From a virus (lineage: Duplodnaviria; Caudoviricetes), in IMG/VR virus record IMGVR_UViG_3300021255_000042, positions 45,729-109,728 of that record: DNA of 64,000 nucleotides; one strand, written 5' to 3'. Shown here piece by piece: positions 46,058 through 55,279 of this stretch. The translations under genes and the position numbers were made by a program. Positions within the stretch are counted from its first letter, which is position 1. Every line of letters starts with the position of its first letter. The notes under the pieces were generated by a model. It searched no databases. It saw nothing but the letters and a program-made list of their open reading frames with translations, and had not been told where the DNA came from.

Positions 46058-49000
46058 TTATACTAAGTTGGCGGCGTTGGCATCGAAGTCTGCCACAACC
46101 TCGATAAGTGCCTGGGCCATTTGTTGTTTCAAGTTGTTCACCGTTGCAGCAACATTCGGGTCGCTCATATCAACGGACTCTACGTTCATCAGGTTCTCGA
46201 TCTTGACAATAATCTGCTTCGGCGTTGCAGACTGGGAACGATACTGATTTGTGTAGCCATTATTATTCGTTGGCGTTGGTGTAGGCGTAGGAGTTGGTGT
46301 CGGGGTGGTTCCACCAAGCTGATTCTGAAGTGCTTCAAATTGTCCCTGCGCATTCATTACGCCAAGGCCAGGTATCTGAAGACCATTGAAGTTAACTCCC
46401 TTCCAAGCCTCATCTGCGAAATATCCAGCAAGTAACGGCTTAAGTTTGTCGTTCATCGAATTGTAAACGGCAAACAATGAACTCATTACACTGTTAGCAA
46501 TTTCAAGGGCATCTGCGGAATCCTTAAAACCATACTTAGGGTTTGTCGGGTCGAGATAAATGTCATTAACCCTTTGAAGCCACTCTTGTGTCCCAAAACC
46601 CCTTAAGAATTGCATTCCGGGATCGCCAAACACAGAAGGAAGCCACTGTTCAAGAAGTCCTTGGTTAACGGTTCCCTTCGTCTCATACTCTTCCATAGCA
46701 TCTGTCAATGCCTGGAAAGGAGCCATCAATTGTTCGGCAATTGGTTGCCAGAACCTCACATATCCAGGGATAGTTTGAATGTCGTTCCACGACATCTTCT
46801 TCAAACTATTGAATTCAGGATAAGCAAGGTCAGGATTAGCCTCAGGTATATATCTTGAACGGGCACCGGCCAAATATGTCTTTGCCAAAGACGCATTCTG
46901 TGCTCCGATTATATTATTTGCCAAGAACTGTTGAAGCGCAACAGCACTCGGATTTTCTACGTCTGCCGCAAGTCTCGCAAGCGTTACAGAAGCAGCATCG
47001 ACCTGATCAAGCCTGTGCATCAGGTCAATGCCCTCCCAAGTGGCAGATGCGCGTTCTCTTACTGTATAAGAATCGCCGTGTGCTCTATCGGTTACATATT
47101 TATCTCTAAAGGATTCGCTATAATTACCAATATTCGCTGCGCCAAGCGTTGAAGCGATTCCGCGCATCAGTTCCGCACTTCTTCCTTGTTCGAGCCAAGT
47201 TTTGAATGTTTCACCGCCTGGAGTTTCAATAAACGGTTTAGAGTTGTCCTGCTCGCCACCCTCTTCACCATTTTTAGCCCTCCAATATCTACGATACAAA
47301 TCGATAGACATTAAAAGCTTTTCATTCTGGGTATGGAGCTGGCTATTGACAATTCTCATATTGCCAATCAAAACACCATCAACGGTGTTCATATTAAGCT
47401 TCTCCAGACCAAGAGAACGGAAAGACGCAGACCATTCACGAGCCGCTTTTGTTGCTTCCCACTCACTCTCAGCAATTTTATAAAGTGCCAGGCCAACTGC
47501 TGTGAAAACACCAAGAACAGCACCACCGGCAACACCAAGAGTGCTCAAAATGGCTGGAAGCTTTGCACCAAGTGCCATACCGCCAATTGAACCGGCAATA
47601 CTACCGATCATACTCGCAGTACTTCCTTCTTCTCCAATTTTTGCTCCAAGAACAGCACCACCAACTCCTCCAAGCATTGTTCCGAGACCACCAACAATAG
47701 GTGCTGCCTTAATCCTTGCATACCTACCCCATACAGCCATACTGTGCTTCCGGTGGGCACCAATCATTCCAACACCTCCAGCACCACCAACGCCTGTAGA
47801 AGCATTAAGCGCATTGTTCGCACGAACAACACCCCACATACTTTGACCAAGGTTATTGAACCGAATGGCAAGCTGCCCGATTTTAGCCGCACTCGTTCCA
47901 ATATACCGGCCAAAATTCAGCAATGCGTTAACTGCACGAAGTGGAACCAATACGAGCGATAGGACAAGCTGCATTTTCAGCCACAGCTTGATAATCGGCT
48001 CAAACATTTTGTACAGTTTAAGCAGAACACCGCTTACATCGAACAATGTTTTGGCCAGATCAGCAATTGTGAGACTGAATCTCTTAATAAGGTCAATCGT
48101 CTCCTGAGATTTGAGGCCAGAAATTACTGAATTAAGAGCATCCCTTATAGGCCCCTCCAAATCCTCAAACGCCTGCATACCAGCCTCCGTAAATGAAGAC
48201 GTAAGCTGATACCACAAGCCCTGGATAGTATTCTTCTTGGCCTCTGCAAGCCGAGCAGACATACCCTCAGACATAAAGTTCTCTTCAATGATCTCATTCC
48301 ACTTATCAACGTGCGCCGCCAACGCAGATGCACCGGAAGCAGCCGTTTTATGGAAGAGCTGACCAAATTGACCGAGAGTAAGATTCCTGGCATTAAGTTC
48401 CTGGAAGAGTTCAATGAGCGGCCTAATTCTGCCATTCTCATCAGTTCTGGAAATTCCCAGCTGTTCCCACATCGCAGCTTGCGCCTTCGTAGGCTTTGCG
48501 ATGTTGAGAGCCATTGTACGCAGAGTTGTACCGGCCTGAGAACCCTTGATACCGGCATCGCCCAAAATACCGATTGCAGCGGTGGCCTCTTCGAACGAGG
48601 TTCCATTTCTGGAAAGGAGTGACCCAGCGTACTTGTAGGATTCAGCAATCTCCATCAAAGTCGTATTGGACTTCGTGAAGGTCATCGTCATAATATCAGC
48701 CGCCCGGCGAACCTGGTTCGGAGAAATGCCGAAGCCGGTCATAATGTTGGTCACAACATCGGCAGTCTCTCCCAGGTCATTATCACCCACAAGGGCAATA
48801 TCAGCAATAGGACGAATAGACTTGTTGATTGCCTCGATGTCGAAACCAGCCATAGCAAGGAACTTGGAAGCATCCGCAACTTCTGGTGCCGTAAATTTCG
48901 TCTCGACACCCACATTACGGATGATGCGCTCCATACCCTTGAAGCGGTTCTCGAATGTAAACGGATTCTTGTCATGCGCCCCCAAGATATTCTTGGTGGT

Positions 49001-49630
49001 CTGCATTAGATTGTTGTATTCGGTAGCGTCCTTGATGACGTTGCTGACGAGCGTTCCTATACCGGCGATACCATAGGCGATGCCCATACCTTTGACGAAA
49101 TCAAAGACACCAACGCCACCAGTATCAATGAGAGTTTGACCGAGAGCCTGGTAACGGACGTTTCCTCTTCCAGTCCGTGCGCCGCGATTTGATATAAGGG
49201 CCCGCTTTCCTGCGTTCGTAGCCTTTTGTGCTTTCTGAGTGTTTGCGCCAGCCGCACCGCCACGCCTTCCACCTCCAGGAATTACCGCCGTGCCTCCAGT
49301 GCTTTTTACAGCAGCGGACGAGCTACCACCAACCACGCCTCCAGCAACAAGGCCGGAAGACTTCATTCTCGTTTCAAGCTGGGTGAGTTTGCCGAGAAGC
49401 CGGTCGATTTTCTTCTCTGCCTGGCTCGTGTTGATCTGGATGACAGGTGCTTTCTTCGACCACGTAGCAAAACGCTGGTTTACGGCGTTTATCTGGCTAT
49501 TAAGTTGATTGAATTGGTTGCGGGCCTGTTGTAAATTCTTAGTAGCCGCTACGAAACTCTCTATGGACGCAACGGCTTGCTGGGAAACGACATTTATATC
49601 GTAATTTACAACGTAATTATCACCAGGCAT
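46058..49630 (-). CDS. tail tape measure protein (TP901-type core)
   Basis: TKFTAPEVADASKFLAMAGF, GIKGSQAGTTLR, helical Gly/Ala-rich body. Confidence 0.93.
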   Translation of the reverse strand: MPGDNYVVNYDINVVSQQAVASIESFVAATKNLQQARNQFNQLNSQINAVNQRFATWSKKAPVIQINTSQAEKKIDRLLGKLTQLETRMKSSGLVAGGVVGGSSSAAVKSTGGTAVIPGGGRRGGAAGANTQKAQKATNAGKRALISNRGARTGRGNVRYQALGQTLIDTGGVGVFDFVKGMGIAYGIAGIGTLVSNVIKDATEYNNLMQTTKNILGAHDKNPFTFENRFKGMERIIRNVGVETKFTAPEVADASKFLAMAGFDIEAINKSIRPIADIALVGDNDLGETADVVTNIMTGFGISPNQVRRAADIMTMTFTKSNTTLMEIAESYKYAGSLLSRNGTSFEEATAAIGILGDAGIKGSQAGTTLRTMALNIAKPTKAQAAMWEQLGISRTDENGRIRPLIELFQELNARNLTLGQFGQLFHKTAASGASALAAHVDKWNEIIEENFMSEGMSARLAEAKKNTIQGLWYQLTSSFTEAGMQAFEDLEGPIRDALNSVISGLKSQETIDLIKRFSLTIADLAKTLFDVSGVLLKLYKMFEPIIKLWLKMQLVLSLVLVPLRAVNALLNFGRYIGTSAAKIGQLAIRFNNLGQSMWGVVRANNALNASTGVGGAGGVGMIGAHRKHSMAVWGRYARIKAAPIVGGLGTMLGGVGGAVLGAKIGEEGSTASMIGSIAGSIGGMALGAKLPAILSTLGVAGGAVLGVFTAVGLALYKIAESEWEATKAAREWSASFRSLGLEKLNMNTVDGVLIGNMRIVNSQLHTQNEKLLMSIDLYRRYWRAKNGEEGGEQDNSKPFIETPGGETFKTWLEQGRSAELMRGIASTLGAANIGNYSESFRDKYVTDRAHGDSYTVRERASATWEGIDLMHRLDQVDAASVTLARLAADVENPSAVALQQFLANNIIGAQNASLAKTYLAGARSRYIPEANPDLAYPEFNSLKKMSWNDIQTIPGYVRFWQPIAEQLMAPFQALTDAMEEYETKGTVNQGLLEQWLPSVFGDPGMQFLRGFGTQEWLQRVNDIYLDPTNPKYGFKDSADALEIANSVMSSLFAVYNSMNDKLKPLLAGYFADEAWKGVNFNGLQIPGLGVMNAQGQFEALQNQLGGTTPTPTPTPTPTPTNNNGYTNQYRSQSATPKQIIVKIENLMNVESVDMSDPNVAATVNNLKQQMAQALIEVVADFDANAANLV

Positions 49631-49651
49631 TATATAATGACTTTTATGAAA

Positions 49652-49679
49652 GAATAGCTCCGATAACTATCTTTTGGTT
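49652..49679 (-). promoter_or_regulatory. putative late promoter AAC-N19-CTATTC
   Basis: Lies between the terminator and the tape measure ATG. Confidence 0.55.
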
Positions 49680-49686
49680 ACGGAAA

Positions 49687-49714
49687 AGCCTCACTACCGT
49701 GAGGTAATGAGGCT
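49687..49714 (-). terminator. intrinsic terminator after the chaperone -1 frame ORF
   Basis: AGCCTCATTACC-tcac-GGTAGTGAGGCT-TTT on the minus strand. Confidence 0.7.
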
Positions 49715-49919
49715 ATTTCTTGGTCGTTGAGGCTAAAGCTGCGAGAGAGTTTGCCGCCTTTATTTGCACTTGGTGAGCATCAAACCATGCCGCATCGTTG
49801 GCGAAAATGGCGAACTCTTCTTCTGACAGCTCTTCGATTTTTACAGCTGGGAAGTAATGTCTGATGTAAATCGTGAAGTGACGGAGATAATCATCGTCCG
49901 CTACTTTCCAGCTTTCGAT
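49713..49919 (-). CDS. tail assembly chaperone -1 frameshift extension (gpGT-like, 68 aa)
   Basis: Not in the ORF track. Open -1 frame IESWKVADDDYLRHFTIYIRHYFP...TTKK entered at slippery A-AAT-TTA (49919-49925). Confidence 0.8.
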   Translation of the reverse strand: MESWKVADDDYLRHFTIYIRHYFPAVKIEELSEEEFAIFANDAAWFDAHQVQIKAANSLAALASTTKK

Positions 49920-50284
49920 AAATTTACCAGACGACCGTTGCGGGCCTCGATGACCTTGGCGAACTGGTTCATGGTGCCGAACAGGAACATATTGTCATCG
50001 TTGACAAGTTCGATGTCGCCGTCCACGAAGCAGTCTTTCGCAAGCTGGCGCATTGCGGAAACCTGGTCTTTCTGGGAGGCCGTGATGTACTTGCTGAACG
50101 CGGCGAGAGACGGTTGCTGGAAGTAGCCGACATAGTGCTCCTTCTCATCGACATCAGGAATTCCGTACACGAGAAGAGGGAAAACAGCCTTCAGTTTCTT
50201 GGTCTCTTTCAGTTCAGCGACCTTCTTTTCGATCTCCTTCTGGAGCTCCTTCGGGAGTTCGAGCATTTCGAGTTCTTCGTTCAT
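49901..50284 (-). CDS. tail assembly chaperone (gpG-like)
   Basis: 127 aa between tube and tape measure genes, with a slippery site near its end. Confidence 0.8.
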   Translation of the reverse strand: MNEELEMLELPKELQKEIEKKVAELKETKKLKAVFPLLVYGIPDVDEKEHYVGYFQQPSLAAFSKYITASQKDQVSAMRQLAKDCFVDGDIELVNDDNMFLFGTMNQFAKVIEARNGRLVNLSKAGK

Positions 50285-50319
50285 AACTTTGATGTTAAAA
50301 TTAAACTATATCTGTAAAC

Positions 50320-50346
50320 GAATAGAATAGCTGGAAACTCTCGGTT
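50320..50346 (-). promoter_or_regulatory. putative late promoter AAC-N18-CTATTC
   Basis: Lies between the tube terminator and the chaperone ATG. Confidence 0.6.
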
Positions 50347-50362
50347 TTCAAAAACACGAAAA

Positions 50363-50387
50363 AGGGAACGGATTTTCACCGTTCCCT
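50363..50387 (-). terminator. intrinsic terminator after the tail tube gene
   Basis: AGGGAACGG/CCGTTCCCT stem followed by a T-run on the minus strand. Confidence 0.7.
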
Positions 50388-50442
50388 CCCGACATTAGTT
50401 TAATTTGAGCAGTTATGGAGCGAAAAGCAGCATCAAATAAAC

Positions 50443-50892
50443 TTAGGCGACCACGATGTCGAACGGGTTCAGGTCGAACTCCTTGGTCAGAGTGGTATCG
50501 TCCTGTTCTGCCTCGAAACCGTCTTCGTTGAAGATACAACCCTTCAGGGTCACAGTTTCGGTAGTCCAGTTGTCGGTACCAAGCTCGTTGGCGAAGGAGA
50601 TCACCAGGTCGAACTCGCCGATGTTGAACAACGACCCGGCCAGAGCGCGGAGCTGTACCTGGGTGTTGTAGTCCATTGTGATCGATGCAGTGCATTCGGT
50701 GTTACCGAAGCCACGGTTGACGACCTTGCCGCCCAACCCATAGTTGTTTCCGATGTTGCGTTTCTTGTTCCACTTGATTGCGGTTACGCCACTGAGGATA
50801 GTAGGGTTAGCATTGTTCGACCCGGTAAGTGCCGGAGCCGTCAACTCAATCATTGCCCAAGAGTAGGCTACGTTGTTGATAATTGTTGGCAT
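50443..50892 (-). CDS. tail tube protein
   Basis: 149 aa after the sheath, INNVAYSWAMI...NYGLGG pattern. Confidence 0.8.
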   Translation of the reverse strand: MPTIINNVAYSWAMIELTAPALTGSNNANPTILSGVTAIKWNKKRNIGNNYGLGGKVVNRGFGNTECTASITMDYNTQVQLRALAGSLFNIGEFDLVISFANELGTDNWTTETVTLKGCIFNEDGFEAEQDDTTLTKEFDLNPFDIVVA

Positions 50893-50906
50893 TTGCTACT
50901 ACTGTT

Positions 50907-52241
50907 TTAGGATTGGGAAAGAGCGAAGCCTTCAGTTACCTCGATGGTCTTGGCGGTGCCAAGAGGAATCAGGGTGTACTTCAGGATAAGCTTGTCGCTT
51001 TTCAGGACGTTCTGGTCGGCGGGAATCACGATGGAGCCGATGCCGCTCACTTCCTCTGCGCTGACCATTGCGTTCAGCACGTCAGAAACGAGGTTGGTGA
51101 AGATCGCAATCTGAGCCGTAGAGAGATGACCGTTTGCAGGGTCAACCTTCAGAGGTGCGTTCACGTAAGGCAGGAGAGCCGCACGGACGACACGGCGAGA
51201 CTTGTTGATCACGCGGTTGCGGGACAGGGTGCGATAGTCGCCATCGCTGGCGGTACGGTCGCTGGAGAAGTACACGTGGCCTTCAAGACCAGCGTACTTG
51301 ACAGGGAAGATGTAACCCTTGTCCTCCAGAGCATCGAGCTGAGCCTTGGTCAGCGAATCGTAGTCGGTCGTGCTGGCGAAGTGTCCGCTGGAAACGGTGA
51401 GGTCGCCGAAGCCGAATTCGATGCCACTGAAGAAGTCGCGGAGGTCGTGCTGCTGTACCCAGCCGATGGATTCACCTACGCTGCCAAGAACGAGCTCGGC
51501 GAGGGCGAGGCCAACGGTGCCAACCGGGGCGTGACTGGTCATACCTATCTGCATAGCAGCCACGTTGCTGTCAACGTCCTGAGCGAGCAGAACAGAGACA
51601 TAACGGTGAGAACCGATGATGGTAGGAATCTGGCTGAGAGCCACGGTAGCCTGAGGATCGGAAGCGGTCTTTACGTTGCCGGTGTTGGCGTTCAGGAGAA
51701 CCACGAGCGGGGCGTGATAGTTGTTCGCCAGGTCGTTGGCTGCGGTCTGGAGATCAGCAACCATCGTCTCGACCACGTAAGGATCGGTAGCGGGAGTAGA
51801 GCCTGCCTTCCACAGCATCTGCTCAGTCCATACGCCGATTTGACTGATCTGGCCCTGGGCGGCTTGCTGCATCTGACGCAGCGCGTTCCAGTTAGAGGAG
51901 CAGTCGGCGAACATCACGAACAGACGGCCCGAACCACCCAGACGGGTGAAGAAGTTCTTTATGTGGTAGTAAGCCACACCGTTCAGGAGATAGTCAGCGG
52001 AAGTGGAGGCAGTGAGTTCAGTCCAGGCGGCGATACCGGCTTCTACAGCATCGTCAATCGAGTTGAGCTCGACAACGGTGTCCTGAAGCTTGGAAGCGGC
52101 AGCGGAGCCCGGCGTGGTGCTCCAGAAATTGGAACGACCACTGATGTCAAAGAGGAGACCGCACACCTTTTCGGAAAGATTGACAACCGAAGTTCCAATG
52201 TTTCCGTCAGAGTCAGTCATAAATACACCACCAAGTGCCAT
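50907..52241 (-). CDS. tail sheath protein (DUF2586-like)
   Basis: LDALEDKGYIF..Y.G..G.YFSSDRT..DY..LSRNRVINK..R, PADQNVL. Confidence 0.85.
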   Translation of the reverse strand: MALGGVFMTDSDGNIGTSVVNLSEKVCGLLFDISGRSNFWSTTPGSAAASKLQDTVVELNSIDDAVEAGIAAWTELTASTSADYLLNGVAYYHIKNFFTRLGGSGRLFVMFADCSSNWNALRQMQQAAQGQISQIGVWTEQMLWKAGSTPATDPYVVETMVADLQTAANDLANNYHAPLVVLLNANTGNVKTASDPQATVALSQIPTIIGSHRYVSVLLAQDVDSNVAAMQIGMTSHAPVGTVGLALAELVLGSVGESIGWVQQHDLRDFFSGIEFGFGDLTVSSGHFASTTDYDSLTKAQLDALEDKGYIFPVKYAGLEGHVYFSSDRTASDGDYRTLSRNRVINKSRRVVRAALLPYVNAPLKVDPANGHLSTAQIAIFTNLVSDVLNAMVSAEEVSGIGSIVIPADQNVLKSDKLILKYTLIPLGTAKTIEVTEGFALSQS

Positions 52242-52255
52242 TGCTTATACTGTTT

Positions 52256-52525
52256 TTAAGATTTGTAATACGGGTTTTTGAAGAGAACGGCCCTACTTCC
52301 ATTCGGAGCACCGGAAGCCTTCAAGAATGCGCCACCACGCGGAGTGACATACAGTTCAGGTTCGTCTGGATAAAGAGCCAGAACTTTCTTTGCGTAGTCT
52401 GGAATCTCTGAAACCTCAACCGTCTTCTCGGAGATCACCTTACTCTCCTGTACAGGAGCTTCAACTTCAGCCTTTACCGAAGCTGCGGGCATCTCTTCCT
52501 TTTTTACTGTTTTCTTCTGTGCCAT
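52256..52525 (-). CDS. small hypothetical virion-associated protein
   Basis: 89-aa ORF between capsid and sheath. Confidence 0.6.
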   Translation of the reverse strand: MAQKKTVKKEEMPAASVKAEVEAPVQESKVISEKTVEVSEIPDYAKKVLALYPDEPELYVTPRGGAFLKASGAPNGSRAVLFKNPYYKS

Positions 52526-52544
52526 AGCTGTTTTGAATTGAAAA

Positions 52545-52574
52545 TGGGAGTGGAGTTGTTATGCCCCCACTCCC
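52545..52574 (-). terminator. intrinsic terminator after the capsid gene
   Basis: TGGGAGTGG/CCACTCCCA stem followed by TTTT on the minus strand. Confidence 0.7.
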
Positions 52575-52603
52575 AGGTTTTCACTTTTGTTCCCTAAGAA
52601 CAC

Positions 52604-53917
52604 TTAGCTGATCGTCACTACGCAAGTTGCGGTGATACCGTCAACGGTAGCGGTGATGTTGGCAGAGCCAGAAGCAACGCCAGTCACCTTACCGTTCTGG
52701 TCAACGGTGGCCTTCGTAGTGTCAGAGGAAGCCCAGACCACATTCTTGTAAGTGGCATCAGCGGGGGCGATGGCACTTACCTTCAGGGTGTCGTCCGAAG
52801 AACCGGCGGCAACGGTGAGGGTGCTCTTGTTCAGGGTAACGCTGGAAACGCCGATCTTGTAGGTCGTCCAAACAACGATCTCGGAAGGAAGAACGATGTT
52901 CACGTCCACCTTCATACGCATCTGGAAGAAGTACAGCTCGGAGTTGGCCTGGAGCTGGGAAATCTTCACGCTCTCCTGATCGGTGGCGTAGTCGCAACCG
53001 AGCCAGAGGCAGGAATCCTCACCGCTGGAGAACTTACCGAGGGCGATGGTGTTCTCAGGAACGCCGTCAATCACGACCACGCGCTTACCACGGAAGCGAT
53101 AGCGGTTGACTTCGGTGTTCTCGGTGTACTTCACGTCCTTGCTGGAGAGGTACTGGTCGTACAGATCCCACAGCTCCCAGCCCATCACGAAGCAAAGCTT
53201 CGAGTTCTTGCGGAGCTTCTTGGGGCAAGCCTGCCACATGGAGAAGAGGGCAGCTTCGACCTTTGCACCGGTATCGAGGGCGGTATTACCGGCCAGGATA
53301 ACCTTTCCGGTAGCCTCCTCATTGCTACCGGCCTCTGCGCCAAGGTTGGCGAGAACGCGGGCCATGAAACCATCGAAGTACTTCATCGGGCCAGCCTCGC
53401 TTTCGCCACCGATCGCAACATTGTCGTTGCTGTCGGAAACAATAGCGGTCTTTCCAGAAGGAGTGGCACCACCCTTACGGGAGCACCAGATGGATTCGCC
53501 GATATACTGGTCTTTCTTGTCAACCAGGAGACGGAGCATGGTGGACTGCACCTTGGGATCGAGCTCACGGAAAATGAGCTGGCCGTCCGGCTGGAAGGGC
53601 TTCCAGTAGTCCTCGAAGTCACGAGGGTTGAACTCCAGATAGACCATGAAGTCCTGAGGCTCCAGATAACGCTCGGTGAACGTGTACTGGTTGAAATCTG
53701 CGCTGGAGTTTCCACCATGAGTAGAGGTGGGAGTAGCAACGTTGTCCTGGATGATCTTACCGAGACCAACGTGAGGCAGGGTCAGCTTATGCTGGATGCC
53801 GGGCTTGATGTGAATCAGACCTTCGGCATAGGTGTCATTACCCTGCATAGTGTACACAAGGAGGTCTTCAAGAACCTCACCTGCATACGAATTCGCGGAA
53901 TAGTGAATTGTTGCCAT
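52604..53917 (-). CDS. major capsid protein with C-terminal Ig-like (Big_2) domain
   Basis: Follows the protease/scaffold gene and has strong codon bias. C-term VSSVTLNKSTLTV...VVWASSDTTKATVDQNGKVTGVASGSANITAT. Confidence 0.8.
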   Translation of the reverse strand: MATIHYSANSYAGEVLEDLLVYTMQGNDTYAEGLIHIKPGIQHKLTLPHVGLGKIIQDNVATPTSTHGGNSSADFNQYTFTERYLEPQDFMVYLEFNPRDFEDYWKPFQPDGQLIFRELDPKVQSTMLRLLVDKKDQYIGESIWCSRKGGATPSGKTAIVSDSNDNVAIGGESEAGPMKYFDGFMARVLANLGAEAGSNEEATGKVILAGNTALDTGAKVEAALFSMWQACPKKLRKNSKLCFVMGWELWDLYDQYLSSKDVKYTENTEVNRYRFRGKRVVVIDGVPENTIALGKFSSGEDSCLWLGCDYATDQESVKISQLQANSELYFFQMRMKVDVNIVLPSEIVVWTTYKIGVSSVTLNKSTLTVAAGSSDDTLKVSAIAPADATYKNVVWASSDTTKATVDQNGKVTGVASGSANITATVDGITATCVVTIS

Positions 53918-53932
53918 TATTACTGTTGATGA

Positions 53933-55225
53933 TTAGAATTTCTTGAACTCGAACTTCTCACCAACGACCTTGTTGACGGCCTCAGCCATCTTTTCCTCGG
54001 CGGTTTTCAGGGCCTCTTTCGCAGCCTCTGCGTTGGCGGGATCATTTGCAATTTCCTTGGTGATTTGCTTGCGCTCCGGGATGGAAGCGAGAGTGTCTTT
54101 CACCAGGTCGAAGTTGGAATGGGCCATTTCAGACCATTTGGCCTTGGAAGCCTCGTCAATTTTGCCTGCTGCAACAGCAGCATCGATGGTAGCAGTGATC
54201 TCGGCTTCCCTGGCTGCGGCCTCAGCGTCCTGGTACACTTTGAGAGCGTCCTGAGCCTTCTGAAGCTCTTCAGCGGCGTTGGCTGCCTCGGCCTCCTTGC
54301 CAGCGTACTTCACCTTCAGAGCCTCCAGCTCGTCCTTGACGGAATTCAGCTCGGCAAGCTTTGCCTGGGCATCCTTCAGGGCGGCCTCAGCGTTCTGAAG
54401 CTCGGTAACGCGTGCAGTGACCGGAGCCAGCTCCGTTTCCGCAGAGAATCCAAGTTGTGCGGCTACCGCAGAGAAATTTTTTGTTTCCATTGCTGTAACT
54501 TGATTTGATTGGATTTGTTGTTCTTCTGAATTATGAATAGCCGACATCGCTTCCACGAGTTTATTCACGTCAACTTCGTTCATCACGGAGCTGAAGGCTT
54601 CACGGAGCGATTTTTTGTCGGTAATACCTTCGATGGAATTCTTCACCTTGTCCTGAACCTGCTTCGAGGTCTTGATAACATGGTCTTTCGCAATGAAGCC
54701 ACGCTTGACGGCCTCCTTTGCAGTGAAGTAGGTGCCATCCTCGTTCTCACCACCATTCATAATGGCTTCAACCTCTTCCTTCGAGAGACCGAAACGCCGC
54801 TGATAAATAGTGGAAAGCTGGCTCTTGAACGCGTCAATCATCTGCTTCACACTGGGGTCATCGGTGTCCTCGCTGTAATAGAAGGGATTGTGAATCATCA
54901 GAATGGAATAGTCGTGCATATAGAGGTTGTCACCGGCGGCCCAAATGACACTGGCCATAGAAGCGGCGATACCCTCAATCACGCAGTCCACCTCAATAGG
55001 GCAACCCTGAATGATGGAAAAGGTGCTCATACCATAAAGGATGGAGCCACCCTCAGAGTTAATGAGAACAATAATCTTACTCGGCTTCACGCAGTCCTGG
55101 AGCCAGAGGAATTCTTCGTTGAAACGCTGGCAGGAATCGTGATACACCGAATCGAAGAAGCGGATGACTGCGGGCTTGTCTTGGATAGCCTCGCCAACCA
55201 CATATTTCAGTTCACTTGTGTTCAT
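53933..55225 (-). CDS. ClpP-type prohead protease fused to a coiled-coil scaffold
   Basis: INSEGG, GIAASMAS, MIHNP, followed by an Ala/Glu/Lys-rich C-terminal domain. Confidence 0.9.
   Translation of the reverse strand: MNTSELKYVVGEAIQDKPAVIRFFDSVYHDSCQRFNEEFLWLQDCVKPSKIIVLINSEGGSILYGMSTFSIIQGCPIEVDCVIEGIAASMASVIWAAGDNLYMHDYSILMIHNPFYYSEDTDDPSVKQMIDAFKSQLSTIYQRRFGLSKEEVEAIMNGGENEDGTYFTAKEAVKRGFIAKDHVIKTSKQVQDKVKNSIEGITDKKSLREAFSSVMNEVDVNKLVEAMSAIHNSEEQQIQSNQVTAMETKNFSAVAAQLGFSAETELAPVTARVTELQNAEAALKDAQAKLAELNSVKDELEALKVKYAGKEAEAANAAEELQKAQDALKVYQDAEAAAREAEITATIDAAVAAGKIDEASKAKWSEMAHSNFDLVKDTLASIPERKQITKEIANDPANAEAAKEALKTAEEKMAEAVNKVVGEKFEFKKF
54535..54561 (-). promoter_or_regulatory. internal late promoter AAC-N18-CTATTC upstream of the nested scaffold ATG (54490)
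   Basis: Exact motif 45 nt upstream of the in-frame METKNFS. Confidence 0.6.
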
Positions 55226-55247
55226 CACAAAATATCGTTTTGAAAAA

Positions 55248-55274
55248 GAATAGAATCGGATTTATTAAATGGTT
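55248..55274 (-). promoter_or_regulatory. putative late promoter AAC-N18-CTATTC
   Basis: Intergenic, upstream of the protease gene. Confidence 0.6.
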
Positions 55275-55279
55275 GATTT

